A stretch of 64,000 nucleotides of DNA from Mobula hypostoma (GCF_963921235.1 NC_086109.1:25546001-25610000), one strand, 5' to 3'. Positions 25,230 to 37,095 are shown, counted from the first letter of the stretch. Notes: generated by a model from the letters alone, not told the origin. Numbers and translations: made by a program.

Positions 25230-26111
25230 AAGTTTACAGAGGGTAAACGTAAGGAAATATTTAATAGTGGATTTTAAAGAACTGGCACTTTAATTAAACA
25301 ACGAAACTAAAAACGTGACTAGATTTAATGTTCATCACGTGTGTCAGCGTATTGCATGAGCTGGGTGCCTGCAGGCATTCCAGCTAGATATCCAGCATTC
25401 AGCTTTCAGTTACGACTCTACTCTCTGGTTTCCTTGAATCATGATGAAGGTCATTTAAGATATCAAGTAATCTTTGCATTGCCTTTTACATTTGTCCCCC
25501 ACAGTATGCATCTCACTGCAACACAACAGGAAAGTCACCTCAGTAATTTAAATACTTTATAGAGCAGAACATGTTATGTTTTTGTTTACTGAAATTAGAT
25601 TTAGGATGGACAGATTAAACATGTTTTATTATTAGCCTGAGCAGTTAATTATCAGTCACTGGGAGCAGTACCGAGAATAGCAAAAGAAAAGCCTGAAATA
25701 AAGGCAGAATCGGGGAAACCTGTTCTGAAAACATGGTCACACCTAATATTCACAAGTAACTCAGACATTGCTTCTATTATAGTCAGTCAACTACAAGTGA
25801 AATTGACTTTAATAGAAGTCAAGCCATGATTAGGTAGTAAATTGGAGCTGCAATACAATGTGATTTTGAGACTCAACAATTTTGGTCTTCGATCTTTGGG
25901 CTTTTGACCTCTGTACTTGCTGGGTTCTGGAGTTCGACCTTCGACTTTACCCTCTTAGACTTTGCCGACTTCTGGGTATCAACCCCAGGACTCACCAACC
26001 TGGTCTCCTCAGCGCCTGCCAATCCAGCCTCTCGGAACATTAGCCTTTGACTGCAGAGCATTAGAAGCCTTGGTCTGCTCCCCCCGCCCCTACAACCCCC
26101 GTACCATTTAA

Positions 26112-27320
26112 ATCAAGTTCAAGTTTATTGTCCTCTGACTGTACATATATCTCTGGTGGCATCCGTTAGTCTCGCGAGACCATGGATCTGTGCCTGGAAA
26201 GTCTAAAGTGTCCTCTCCAGGGTGCAGGCCTGGGCAAGGTTGTATGGAAGACCGGCAGTTGCCCATGCAGCAAGTCTCCCTTCTCCACGACACCAATGTT
26301 GTCCAAGGGAAGGGCAAGGGCCGATACAGCTTGGCACCAGTGTCGTTGCAGGAGTTGCCAGAACGAGGTTGAAGGCAACGTCGGACTGCCTGAGGGACTC
26401 CAGCTCCAGATTTGTCCTCAGGGTTTACTCCTGAAGCCTTTCCCATCAGTGGGTATGGCCGCAAGGCAGCGGAGCTTTGAAATCAGAGTTTTCCCTCTCT
26501 TAGACGGACTGCCTTCCCAGGCTGATGAGCTCCATCTACTCATCTACTGTACATATATACAACCAAACAAAACAACTGTCCACCAGACCACGGTGCACCC
26601 ACAATACATAAATCACTTAAGCACACAAAACAAAATATTACCACAAATAAGTTAATAAAATAGAATTCAAAATACGTGTAAAGTGTGCACCAGAGTTAAA
26701 CAGCAAACAATAAACAGCTCACTGTCCTAGTGACGAGACCTCAGTGGTGGCAGGGTATTCATTAGCCTCGCAGCCTGGGAGGAGAAGCAGTTACCCAGCC
26801 TGACAGTCCTAGTCCTGATGTTTCTATGCCACCTTCCTGATTGTAGCAGGTCAAAGAGATTGTGGGATGTGTGGCTGGGATCCCCAACAATGACCTGGGA
26901 CGTTCACGTACAAAGTTCCCGGTAAATGCAAATATGGTGGGGGGGGGGGCGGGAGGAAGACCCTAGTGATTCTCTCAGCAGTTTTTACAATTGTCTGTAG
27001 GGTCTTGCAGTCTGATGCCTTGCAGCTTCAATTCCAAACAACGATGCAACTAAACAGGACACTCTTGATGGTGTTCCTGTGGAAAGTTGTTAGACTAGGT
27101 GCGGGGAGCCCTGCATACCTCAAACTTGTCAGAAAGTATCAGAAGCTGCGCCTTCTTGACTAATGAGGAGGTATTGTGGGTCCAGGTTGGATCATCTGTT
27201 TTGTGCACACCAAGAAAATTTGTGCTCTTCACTCTCTCCACACCAGATGTGTAATGGATAGTGTTCGACTTTCACCTTCATGAAGTACAAAATCATCCTT
27301 TTTTTCTAGTCCTTGTTGAG
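26112..27320 (-). mobile_element. Decayed Rex1/Babar-type LINE 3' portion, interrupted by an RTE-related insert
   Basis: aagttcaagtttattgtc tail; remnant RT C-terminus (SVLFSCIVVWN...LQTIVKTAERI). Confidence 0.6.
26151..26545 (-). mobile_element. Short non-autonomous RTE-derived retroposon with 13-bp TSD
   Basis: TSD actgtacatatat (26138-26150, 26546-26558); last ~50 nt nearly identical to the 3' end of the RTE LINE at 40992-41044. Confidence 0.85.
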
Positions 27321-28057
27321 ACTGATTTATTTATTCTACTGGACATCCACAAAGAAATGAAATTGGTCATAGTTTAAGAAAAATATTGTCACCTTGAAAG
27401 AAACATCCTTAAAGGAAGCCAGATTGCCAATTTTTATGATGTGAAAAAATCTTCTTTGGGGGTGGTTTTTGATTATTATCAGTTGCATCCAAAAGATACC
27501 AAGTCTAACCTCTTTGTGTGCTATTTATTATTGTAAGGTCAATGATAACATTTTGAGGAGGGTGAGCAGAGAGGCTAGCAGAATGCTCCTGAATATGAGA
27601 TGGAAATGTCAGTAGCTCATGATGGATCTGAACTGTGCATTAACATGCTCTGGTTGTTCAATAAATCAAAGAATCTGGTGTAAAGCATCTACGAGGTATG
27701 AATTTTGAATGCTGATGGGGTACTGAGGTACTAAAATAACATGCATTTGCCAAATACTTTGCAGGGAATTTGCAGATTGTTATGGTTTCTATAAATAAGG
27801 TTTATTGCAGAAAGCATTATATAGGTATCCACTTCATTGGGGGTTGCAACATAACATTAGTATTGTAGCCTAATTACAATAGGAAAACTAATATATTTTT
27901 TGAAAATAAGGTTCTTACAGTAGTGGCATCATTGTAGTAAGGTTTCTACAATAATATCATACAAAAGTAAGTTACTACATAATGTGTTACTGCAAAGGGT
28001 TGATTACAGCAAGGTTTCTGTAAACATACACAATTGTACAGATATTATTATTATCTG

Positions 28058-29505
28058 TGTAGCCATGGGCACTTGTATGGGTCCCAGCTATGCCTGCCTT
28101 TATGTCGTCTATGTGAAACAGTCTATGTTTCAAGCTTACACTGGTGTCCATCCCCCACTTTTCCTACGCTACATCAACATTGGTGCTGCTTCATGCCCCC
28201 ATGTGGAGCTCGTCTACTTCATCAATTTTGCCTCCAGCTTCCACCCTGCCCTCAAATTTACCTGTCCATTTCCAACACCTCCCTCCCCTTTCTCGATCTC
28301 TCTGCCTTTATCTCTGGAGCCAGCTTATCTACTGATATCTATTATAAACCCACGGACTCTCACAGCTACCTGGTCTATGCCTCTTCCCACCCTGTTACTT
28401 GTAAAAACACCATCACCTTCTCTCAATTCCTCTGTCTCCACTGCATTTGTTCTCAGGATGAGGCTTTTCATTCCAGAACAAAGAGGATGTCCTCCTTCTT
28501 CAAAGAAAGGGGCTTCCCTTTCTCCACCATCAATGCTGCCCTCAACCACATCTCTTCCATTTCACACACATCTGCTCTCACCCCATCCTCCTGCCACCCT
28601 ACCAGGGATAGGGTTGCTCTTGTCCTCACCTATCACCCCACCAGCCTTTGCATCCAGCGCATAATTCTTCATAACTTCTGCCATCTCCAATGGTATACTA
28701 CCACCAAGCACATCTTTCCATCCCTCCCACTTTCTGCTTTCCACAGGGATCACTCCTTAAGTGATTCCCTTGTCCATATGTCCCTCCCCACTGATCTCCC
28801 TCCTGGCACATCCTTGCAAGTGGAACAAATGCTTCACCTGCCCCTAGACCTCCTACCTCACTACCACTCAGGGCCCCAAACAGTCCTTCCAGGTGAGGCG
28901 ACACTTCACCTGTGAGTTTGTTGGGGTTGTATGCTATGCCCCATGCTTCCGGTGTGGCCTCCTTATGTCGGTGAGACCTGACATATATTGGAAGACTGCT
29001 TTGCCGAGCACCTACACTCGGTTCGCCGGAAGAAGCAGGATCTCCCAGTGGCCAGCCATTTTAATTCCACTTCCCATTCCCATTCCGATTTATCAATCCA
29101 TGGCCTCCTCTACTGTCGTGATGAGGCTACACTCAGGTTGGAGGAACAACACCTTATATTCTGTCTGAGCAGCCTCTAACCTGATGGCGTGAACACCAAA
29201 TTCTTGAACTTCCAGTAATGCCCCTCCTCCCTTCACCATTCCCCATCCCCCATTCCCTCTCCTCGCCTGCCCATCGCCTCTCTCTGGTGCTTGTTCCCCC
29301 TTTTTCTTTCTTCCATGGCCTTCTGTCCTCTCCTATTGGATTCTCCCTTCTCCAGCCCTGTATCTCTTTCACCAATCTTCTTCCCAGCTCTTTACTTCAC
29401 CCCGCCCTCCACCTTTCCAATTTCACCTATCTTCCTCCCTCCCCCAGCTTTTAAATCTACTCATCTTTTTTTTCTCCAGTCCTACTCCAGCATTTTTGTG
29501 TGTGT
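28058..29505 (+). mobile_element. Penelope-like element, 5'-truncated (RT C-terminus + GIY-YIG endonuclease), decayed
   Basis: VAMGTxMGPSYACL, FLDL...DIYYKPTDSHSYL..SSHP..CK, FTCE..GVVC...CFRCGLL, FAEHLHSV; pyrimidine-rich tail. Confidence 0.88.
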
Positions 29506-29611
29506 TATGATTTAACGGGAGCTTGCCATGCACAAGATTGCAGTTGAGTTTCTTACGTTACCATGGAAATTACACTTAATGAGCATTATATTGACGGGAA
29601 AATAATTTGGC

Positions 29612-29865
29612 AGGACAGTGGTACAGTGGTACTGCTACCTCTACACTCCAGTAACCAAAGTTCAATTTTGAACTTCAGTGCCACTTATGTGGAGTACTGC
29701 ACATTCTCTCTATAACTTCATGGGTTTACCTTGAGTGCTCCGGTTTCCTCCCAAAGGTAAAGCCATGCTAATTGGGGGTGGGGGTTAATTGGCCACTGTA
29801 AATTGTCCCTAGTGTCAATGGGTCGTAGAGAATCAAGAAGGAGTTGATGGACATATGAGAGAGAA
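29612..29865 (+). mobile_element. V-domain SINE
   Basis: tgggtttaccttgagtgctccggtttcctcccaaag...gttaattggccactgtaaattgtccc. Confidence 0.7.
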
Positions 29866-29875
29866 GAGCTCCAAA

Positions 29876-30095
29876 GGAAACCCATCCGGTCACGGGGAGA
29901 AAGTATACACTCCTTCCAGACTGTTTCCTCTCACATTCCAAAGATGGGTTAGGGTTAATAAGCCGTGGGCATGCTATGTTGGTGCTGGATGCGTGGCAAC
30001 ACTTATGGCCTGCCCCCTGCACAATCCTTATTGATTTGATTTGACGCTAACAACACATTTCACCATATGTTTCCATATATATGTGACAAATAAAG
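29876..30095 (+). mobile_element. V-SINE with inverted 5' segment
   Basis: 29876-29921 matches the reverse complement of the SINE interior (compare 6994-7040); 29923 onward is forward and matches the reverse complement of 6790-6980. Confidence 0.65.
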
Positions 30096-30875
30096 CTGCT
30101 TCTGCTCATTATAAATATGCGATGGAACAAATGTGATGCTCTGAAAACTGTCAAAGACTCATTTGGCCAAATGATTGGCTTCTCTGTTTTAAAGAAGTGT
30201 ATAAACTTAGTACCTGCACATTGAAAGTTTTGATATAATTGTTATTTTTTGTTAATATATTGATATAAATATAAACAAATTTGAGTTTTAGACTCATTCC
30301 AATTGCAGGATTATTTTCATAATAGTTCTCCACAATGCAATACAATTTTAAAGTTACTACAGTGGCATTTCTGCAAAAGGATTATAATGAAAAGCGCTAC
30401 CTAGAATAAACACAGTGGTAGTTATAGTGGAGTTATTTGAGGAGCTTTTCCATAAGGATTAAGATTCTATAGATTGTATCTGAAAGTGTATGTGTGGGCA
30501 CAAAGCAACACCACATCAAGTTGCAGTTTCTCTCACACTTAAAAATGCCTTGCTCACAAACACGCCTCTATAAGACAAGTAGATAAATTAGGGTATTGAG
30601 CGGATGACAGCAGGTTTGAACCAGTCCTGTTGCACATCTGTGAGGCTCCGTGCAGCCAAGGACATAGCTGATCTATGGAGCCATGCCAAACATTCCCAAC
30701 TGGCAGTGCCCATTTAAGAACAGAGCCGGCTGAATGATTTTGTGAAAAGAGGTTTGCAGAACCTGGATGATTCAATAAATATTTGATTCCTTCAGCTTTA
30801 TAAATACACAGACTGGATCTCTACCTCTTGAGCTCCAACCGAGCTGGACTCGTGTATTATGATACGAGCTTGGCA

Positions 30876-30921
30876 GTCATGTGACTCTCAACAGACGGCA
30901 GTGGAAACTGGTTTGACGTCA
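30876..30921. promoter_or_regulatory. Candidate enhancer: M-box/CLEAR GTCATGTGAC + palindromic CRE TGACGTCA
   Basis: Motifs at 30876-30885 and 30914-30921 in non-repetitive DNA; motif match only. Confidence 0.3.
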
Positions 30922-31278
30922 TAGCCCCCTAGAGAGTGTACCTTGTACTGTTCCTGCCTCTTCTGACAGCTGTCTCACCTTGACTTTTCCTACATTCCCC
31001 ATTCCTCCTGATGCATTTCTATTGATTGGTTCTTCATCTCCTTTATATTCTGTTACATTTGTCCTTGTAAATATGAGTTAAGTTTACAAGAGTATCATCC
31101 TCTATTCATTCCTCTCATGAAAGCACTGATTCTCTGCAATACTTGAGCACTAGAAAAAAACCTCCAGTTGGCTGTTTTACAGAACATGAAAGCTGAATAT
31201 TCAACTATAGATTGTATTACAATGAAAGCAATCTAGTTTTTGCTATCTGCACATAATTCCTTACAACTGGTATTAATA

Positions 31279-32477
31279 CAGTGTCTATAAAAACATTCAG
31301 CCCTCCCCCTTGGAAATTTTCATGTTTTATTGTTTTACAACATTGAATCACAGTGGATTTAATTTGACTGTTTTTGACACTGATTAACAAAAAAGACTCT
31401 TTCCTGTCCAAGTGAACACAGATCTCTGCAAAGTGATCTAAATTAATTACAAATATAAAACACCAAATAATTGATTGCATAAGTATTCACTCCCTTTATT
31501 ATGATGCACCAAATCATCACTGATGCAGCCAATTGGTTTTAGAAGTCACATAATTAGATAAATGGCGATCTCTATTTGGAGATCTGTGTGCAGCCAAGGT
31601 GTTTCAGTAGATTGTAGTAAAAATATACCTGTATCTGGAAGGTTCTACTGCTGGTGAGTCAGTATCATGGCAAAAATGACACCATGAAGTCAAAAGGACA
31701 TTCTAAGCAACTCCACGAAAAGGGTATTAGGTTATTGAAAACCAGAAGTCAGGAGATGGATACAAGAAAACTTTCCAAGTCACTGAATATCCCTTGGAGA
31801 ACAGTAAAGTAAATCATCAAGAAATGGAAAGAATATGGCACAGCTGTAAATCTGCCTAGAGCAGGCCGTCCTCAAAAACTGAGTGACCGTGCAAGGAGAG
31901 GACTAGCAAGGGAGGCCACCAAGAGACCTGTGACAACTCTGGAGGAGTTATAAGCTTCAGTGGCTGAGATGGGAGAGACTGTGCATACAAAAACTGTTGT
32001 CCAGGTGCTTCACCAGTCACAGCTTTACTGGAGAGTGACAAAGAGAAAACGATGGTTGAAGAAACTCACATGAAATCTTGGCTAGAGTCTGCCAGAAGGC
32101 ATGTGGGTGACTCTGAAGTCAGCTGGAAGAAGGTTCTATCGGTCTAATGAAAGAATTGAGCTTTTTGGTCATTGGACTAAACACTATGTTTGGCATAAGC
32201 CAAACACCACACATCATCAAAAACACACCCCTACCGTGAAGTGTGGTGTGGCTGCAGCATGCTGTGGGGATGATTCACTGCAGCAGGCCCTGGAAAGCTT
32301 GTGAAGATAGAGGGTAAAATAAATGCACCAAAATACAGGGAAATCCTGGAGGAAAACCTGGTGCAGGCTACAAGAGAACTGTGACTTGAGAGAAGATTTG
32401 TTTTCCAGCAGGACAATGACCCCAAGCATAAAGCCAAATCTACACGGGGGGGGGGGTGAATATTTTTATAGGTACTG
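31279..32477 (+). mobile_element. Tc1 transposon with decayed transposase and internal 3' deletion
   Basis: TA-cagtgtctataaaaacattcagccc ... ggggtgaatatttttataggtactg-TA; transposase remnant from ATG 31685 (MKSKGHSKQL...) to FQQDNDPKHKAKST. Confidence 0.88.
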
Positions 32478-32789
32478 TATATAATAATCAGAATCAAGGA
32501 ACTTATTTGATTTTCATCGACATTTAAAATGAACCAATTTAGGGAAAATCATGTGTCAAACCAAGACGCTGCCAGAGACAGTTTTTAACACTTTCATTTC
32601 TGTTTGAGATTCGCTTATAAACATAACCTTGAGTTTTCAGAACATGATTTAAACAATTACTCTCACGGCAATACTGAGGAAGTACTACACTGATATAGAA
32701 TAATACAGAAGGACTATGGTTGGTTGGAATGGCAGCACTGAATAATTGCTGTACTACCATGCAGCTGTGTACATACATCTATTGATACT

Positions 32790-32907
32790 TCTGGACACAT
32801 CTTCAGTGATGTTCCTGGAATCATCGGGTGTTTCGGGTCTTTCAACATCATACAACCTCCTCCAGGTGACCCAGCCGGGGCTGATCAGACCCCAGCTTGT
32901 GTCCAGA
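32790..32907 (-). ncRNA. Structured 3'-UTR RNA containing permuted hammerhead core elements
   Basis: Closing stem UCUGGACACA/UGUGUCCAGA, hairpin AGCUGGGG/CCCCGGCU, GGGUC/GACCC, CCUGGA/UCCAGG, UGAUGUU/AACAUCA, CUGAAGA, GAAAC, GUA. Homologous to 56954-57074. Confidence 0.55.
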
Positions 32908-32914
32908 TGGCTAG

Positions 32915-34962
32915 CTACTTATGACTCCATGGTTCCCCTCTTTTGAGCCACAGCCATCTTGAGGCCCTCTCTGCCGCATCGGTGGTACTGTGGATGGCTC
33001 TCCTCTTCCTCTCTTCCTCGATGCCCAAAATGCTGAAGGCTCTAGCTAAAGAACGGGCTACTAATCCCCTACAACCAGCCTCCACTTGGAGACACCTCAC
33101 TCTCCATCCAGCCTGCTGACAGTTGCTGACCTGTCCTGCGTACTTGGAGAGCTTCCTTTCAAAGGCCTCTTCCAAGCTATCTTCCCATGGGACTGTCAGC
33201 TCCAGCAGCACCACTTACTTAGTAGACTCAGACACTAGGACAATGTCTGGTCGCAGGGTGGTGGCTGCGATATGGTTGGGGAACTTCAGCTGCCCTTCGA
33301 GGTCCACCAACAGCAGCCAGTCCCTTGCAGAGGTCAGAATGCCTGCAGATGTTCTTTTGGCAGGTATTGACTGCTCCCCAGCTCTGACAAAGGCAATGGT
33401 CTGCTTGGAGGGTCGGTACCGCTTTGCCCACTCAACTCCTGCGCTGACGGCTTCAGTGATGGTCTTCAGGACCTGATCATGCCTCCACCTGTACCATTCC
33501 TCACCAAGTGCCCTTGCACAGCCGCTGAGGATGTGCCCCAGGGTTCCTCGCTTGGAGCACAGTGGGCACGCAGATGACTCTGCCTTGCCCCATGTGTGCA
33601 GGTTTGATGGGCTTGGAAGCACATCATACACTGCCTGGATGAGAAATTGGATGCGGTGTGGTTTGGCTTTCCAAAGATCAGCCCAGGTCACTTTCCTTTC
33701 AACCGCATTCTCCCATCTTATCCAAGCTCCCTGTTGCTTCATTCCCACTGCCTTGCAGGCTCTCATCTTCTCCACTACTGCTCTCACCTCCTCCTGAACT
33801 AGACGACGCCTTTCCTTCCCTCTGGTGTCCATTTGAGGAGTTGGAAAGGATCCTAGCCCAGCTCGGCCTCGTGTGACCACTCCCACCAGCCTCCTGTGAT
33901 GCAACCTCATCTCTGCCTCCTGAACAGCTTCCTCTGCCCTCCACTTCCTGCCAGTATTTACTTGGATCCCTGCTCTAGCCACCTTCGGGTCACTTGAGTC
34001 CCTATACTGTAGCACTTCTCTGGCTCTTGTTACCTTGAACTCTTCCTCCAAGGATTTGAAGGGCAGTTGCAGTTTGTTGTGGTGTCCATAGAGTGCGATG
34101 CTGCTCAGGCTCTTTGGCAGCCCCAGCCGTCTCCTGAGGTGGTTGCTAACCCTCCTCTCTAAGGTTTCAACTGTCAAGATCGGAACTGCATAGACGAGGA
34201 GGGGCCGCAGGATTCTGGGAAGAATGCCATGCTGATACACCCAGGCTTTAAACTTCCCAGGTAGGCCAGACTTGTCCACAGCTTTCAGCCAGCCATCCAA
34301 CAGGGTGCAAGTTGCCTGAATGGATGTTGTGTCCCTTAAAGAGCTGTCAAAAACTTTGCCTAAGCTCTTGACTGGCTTTTCTGTGATGGTTGGGATGGCT
34401 GTGCCTGCAATGCTGAACCGGAACTTGTTCTCCACCTTCCCTTTCCTCAGCACCATCGATCTTGATTTGGCAGGTTTGAAACGCATCCGTGCCCACTCCA
34501 CCAGCTTTTCGAGCCCTTGCAGAATCCCCCGGCAGCCTGGGACTGATTCTGTGGTGACTGTGAGGTCATCCATGAATGCCCTGATAGGTGGTTGCCGTTG
34601 AGCGGAATTCATTCTGGGCCCTCTGCACTCTGGTTCAGCAGACTTAGTGAGCATGTTCATGGCTAGGGAGAACAGTGTCACTGAGATAGTGCACCCTGTG
34701 ATTATGCTGATCTCCACCTTGTGCCAGGTTGATGTAATTGCTCCTGAAGAGACCCTCATCCTGAAGTTGCTGTAATAATCAGCGATAAGGTCTCTGATTC
34801 TGCTGGGGACGTGATATTTGGTCAGTGTGAGCTGCACCAACTTGTGCGGAATGGAGCCATATGCGTTTGCCAGGTCGAGCCACAACACTGACAGGTTGCC
34901 CTTGTTCTCTCTGGCCTCCCTGATGAGCTGTGTCACCACACCGATGTGCTCCAGACAGCCCA
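32915..34962 (-). pseudogene. RLE-type retrotransposon ORF with a single in-frame stop (33215-33217)
   Basis: ORFs 33215-34966 and 32915-33214 are contiguous and in frame across one TAA. Confidence 0.88.
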
Positions 34963-36354
34963 GCAAATACTACTCATGGAATTTTGTACTGGCAGAGCAG
35001 CACTATTGCATTGTCAGAGAGACAGATGGAAAAAGTGCTTTACTTTTGCACAACAGTGATTCATTGCACTGAATTGTTGAAGGGAGCTGAACTGAGGGCA
35101 TGCTGCACAGTCAAAGGGCTATTGCTGACTGACACTGTTAGACAAACAGCAAAAAGGAAGCACTGAAGACAGAATAATACTCGAATGCCACACTGCCAGA
35201 GGTGCTGGTCTTCAGATGATATATTAAATATTTTTCTGTTTATGTACAAGTTAAATCTCATGACGGTGAAAGTTAAGTCAAAATCAGGATCAGGTTTATT
35301 ATCACCAGCATGGGATGTGAAATTTGTTAACTTAGCAGCATAAATTCCCAAATATCTATGTAAATATTAATATGTAAATAAACTCCACCAAAAGAGATTA
35401 ACAGATAATCTGCCTCTTGACAATTTTTCAGATTATTCTGCACTCAAAATGGCTGCTGCAATTGCCTATAATGTAGCAATAACTATACATTAGCAGGAAC
35501 TTAAGAGAAAGACAGTCCCTTCAATCGACTTGGCTCAGCTTTTAGACTGAAGAAGTACAAGGTATACATTTCAAAATACCAAAGAATAAACTGAAGATGT
35601 TTTTTGTTGCGTGAAAAAATGCAATTATATGACAAATTAATCTTTAGCTATTCCACGGTTACTTCACAACTACTCAAATCTGTTTTATAAATATAGTATA
35701 ATGACATCGTTGTCTCTTAAGGTGAATACTCCTTATTTATAATTAAATTCTAATAAATGAGACATTGATTGCTGCTTTTAAGAATCTGCTCCCTATGTGA
35801 AGAATTTTCATTGCTGGAATGCTTCCCAGCAGGAAAGATGGGAATTAGTCAGAGTGGTTCCCGGGGATGTGAGTGCTGGTGACAGAAACATGAAACCGTG
35901 AGCATCCTGCGCTTTGGGAGTTCCTGTTAGTTGTCGTGTTTCACAGCAGATGATTGTCGGGGTCTGCTTCAGCACTGCAAGATCGTCAAAGGCCCAAATT
36001 CACTCTGATGCAACCTGTTTTTAGTGACTTTTTGGCTCAGTTGGTAGCACATCCTCCTCTGTGTCATGGCACAATTCGATGAGCCACTCAACTCCTGGAA
36101 ATTTCTCAGTCCTTAATTAATGCCAACAAAAGTTAATTTTCTCTTTGCTGTTTGTGATTTCTTGTGGTGAACATTTAACAGTCACTTCAAAGCAACTCAC
36201 AGTACATGAAGGGCTTTTGGGTGTCTGATGTTGTACAAAGTTATACATTAATCCTATGTGTTCATAGAAGCAAAAGGCAGATCAAAAAGACTAACACTGC
36301 CTACTTTATAACAAAATATCTAAAATACCTAAATTATTTTCACTACAAAATATC

Positions 36355-37095
36355 TAGATGCGGGACAGACACCAGGATGATGTGTGCCTCCTGGGTGCTA
36401 TGATCATGGATATCTCAGAGTGGTCATACACTGAGGGTGAACACTGAGACATCATGATACACATTGACATCAATGACATGGGTAGAAAGAGGGAACAGAA
36501 CCTATGTCATGAGTAGAAGAAGTTAGGAAAGAGGCAGTAAAGCAGAAATTTGAAAGTAGCAACCTCTGGGTTACTCCCATTGCCATGTATTAGTCAAGGC
36601 AAGGATAGAAAGAAGAAACAATGAACCAATGGCTGAGGAACTGATGCTGAAGGCAGGGTTTTAGGTTCATGGATCGCTGGACCTCATTTAGGGCAAGGAT
36701 GACCTGTACCAGAGGAGCAGGTTCATTGCACCTTAACTGGAGGGGAGCCAGTATCCTGGCCGGGAGGTTCACTGAAAGTTTGAAATTAGCTTGGCAGGGT
36801 ATGGCAACCAGACAACCAGGTCGGGAAGTGGAGGGACTGAGAGGAAGGTAGGTGTCAGGACCAGTAGGAAGAGGTGGGAGGAAGGTAACAAGCACAAGGG
36901 GACAGATCAATTGATGTGTGTGTATTTTAATGCTAGAGGTATTATAGGTTAAAAGTGATGAACTTAGAGCAATGAACAATACCTGGAACAATGATGTTGT
37001 TGCCATAGCAAAGACTTGCTGGAGAGAATGGAAGCTTAATATTCCAGCATTTTGATATTTTAGAAAAGCTATAGAAGGAGGTAAAAGGGGAGGGG
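36355..37095 (+). mobile_element. Decayed CR1 ORF1 esterase and start of ORF2
   Basis: TRMMCASW.., GFRFMDRWTSF...LHLNWRGASILAGRF, CVYFNARGI. Confidence 0.75.

Larger units (their letters stand above)
32775..34962 (-). mobile_element. HERO-like non-LTR retrotransposon (RT + CCHC + restriction-like endonuclease), 5'-truncated
   Basis: WLDLANAYGSIPH, GCTIS, AFMDD, CPLC-x7-H-x4-C, RHDQVL, RPDIV-x-ELTVPWE-x-KLSKY; ~140-nt structured 3' UTR. Clade name is from recalled motifs. Confidence 0.85.

Noticed and set aside
26522..26534. CUGAUGAGCUC hammerhead-like heptamer on +
   Set aside because: No downstream GAAA, stem II or stem III; antisense to the element.
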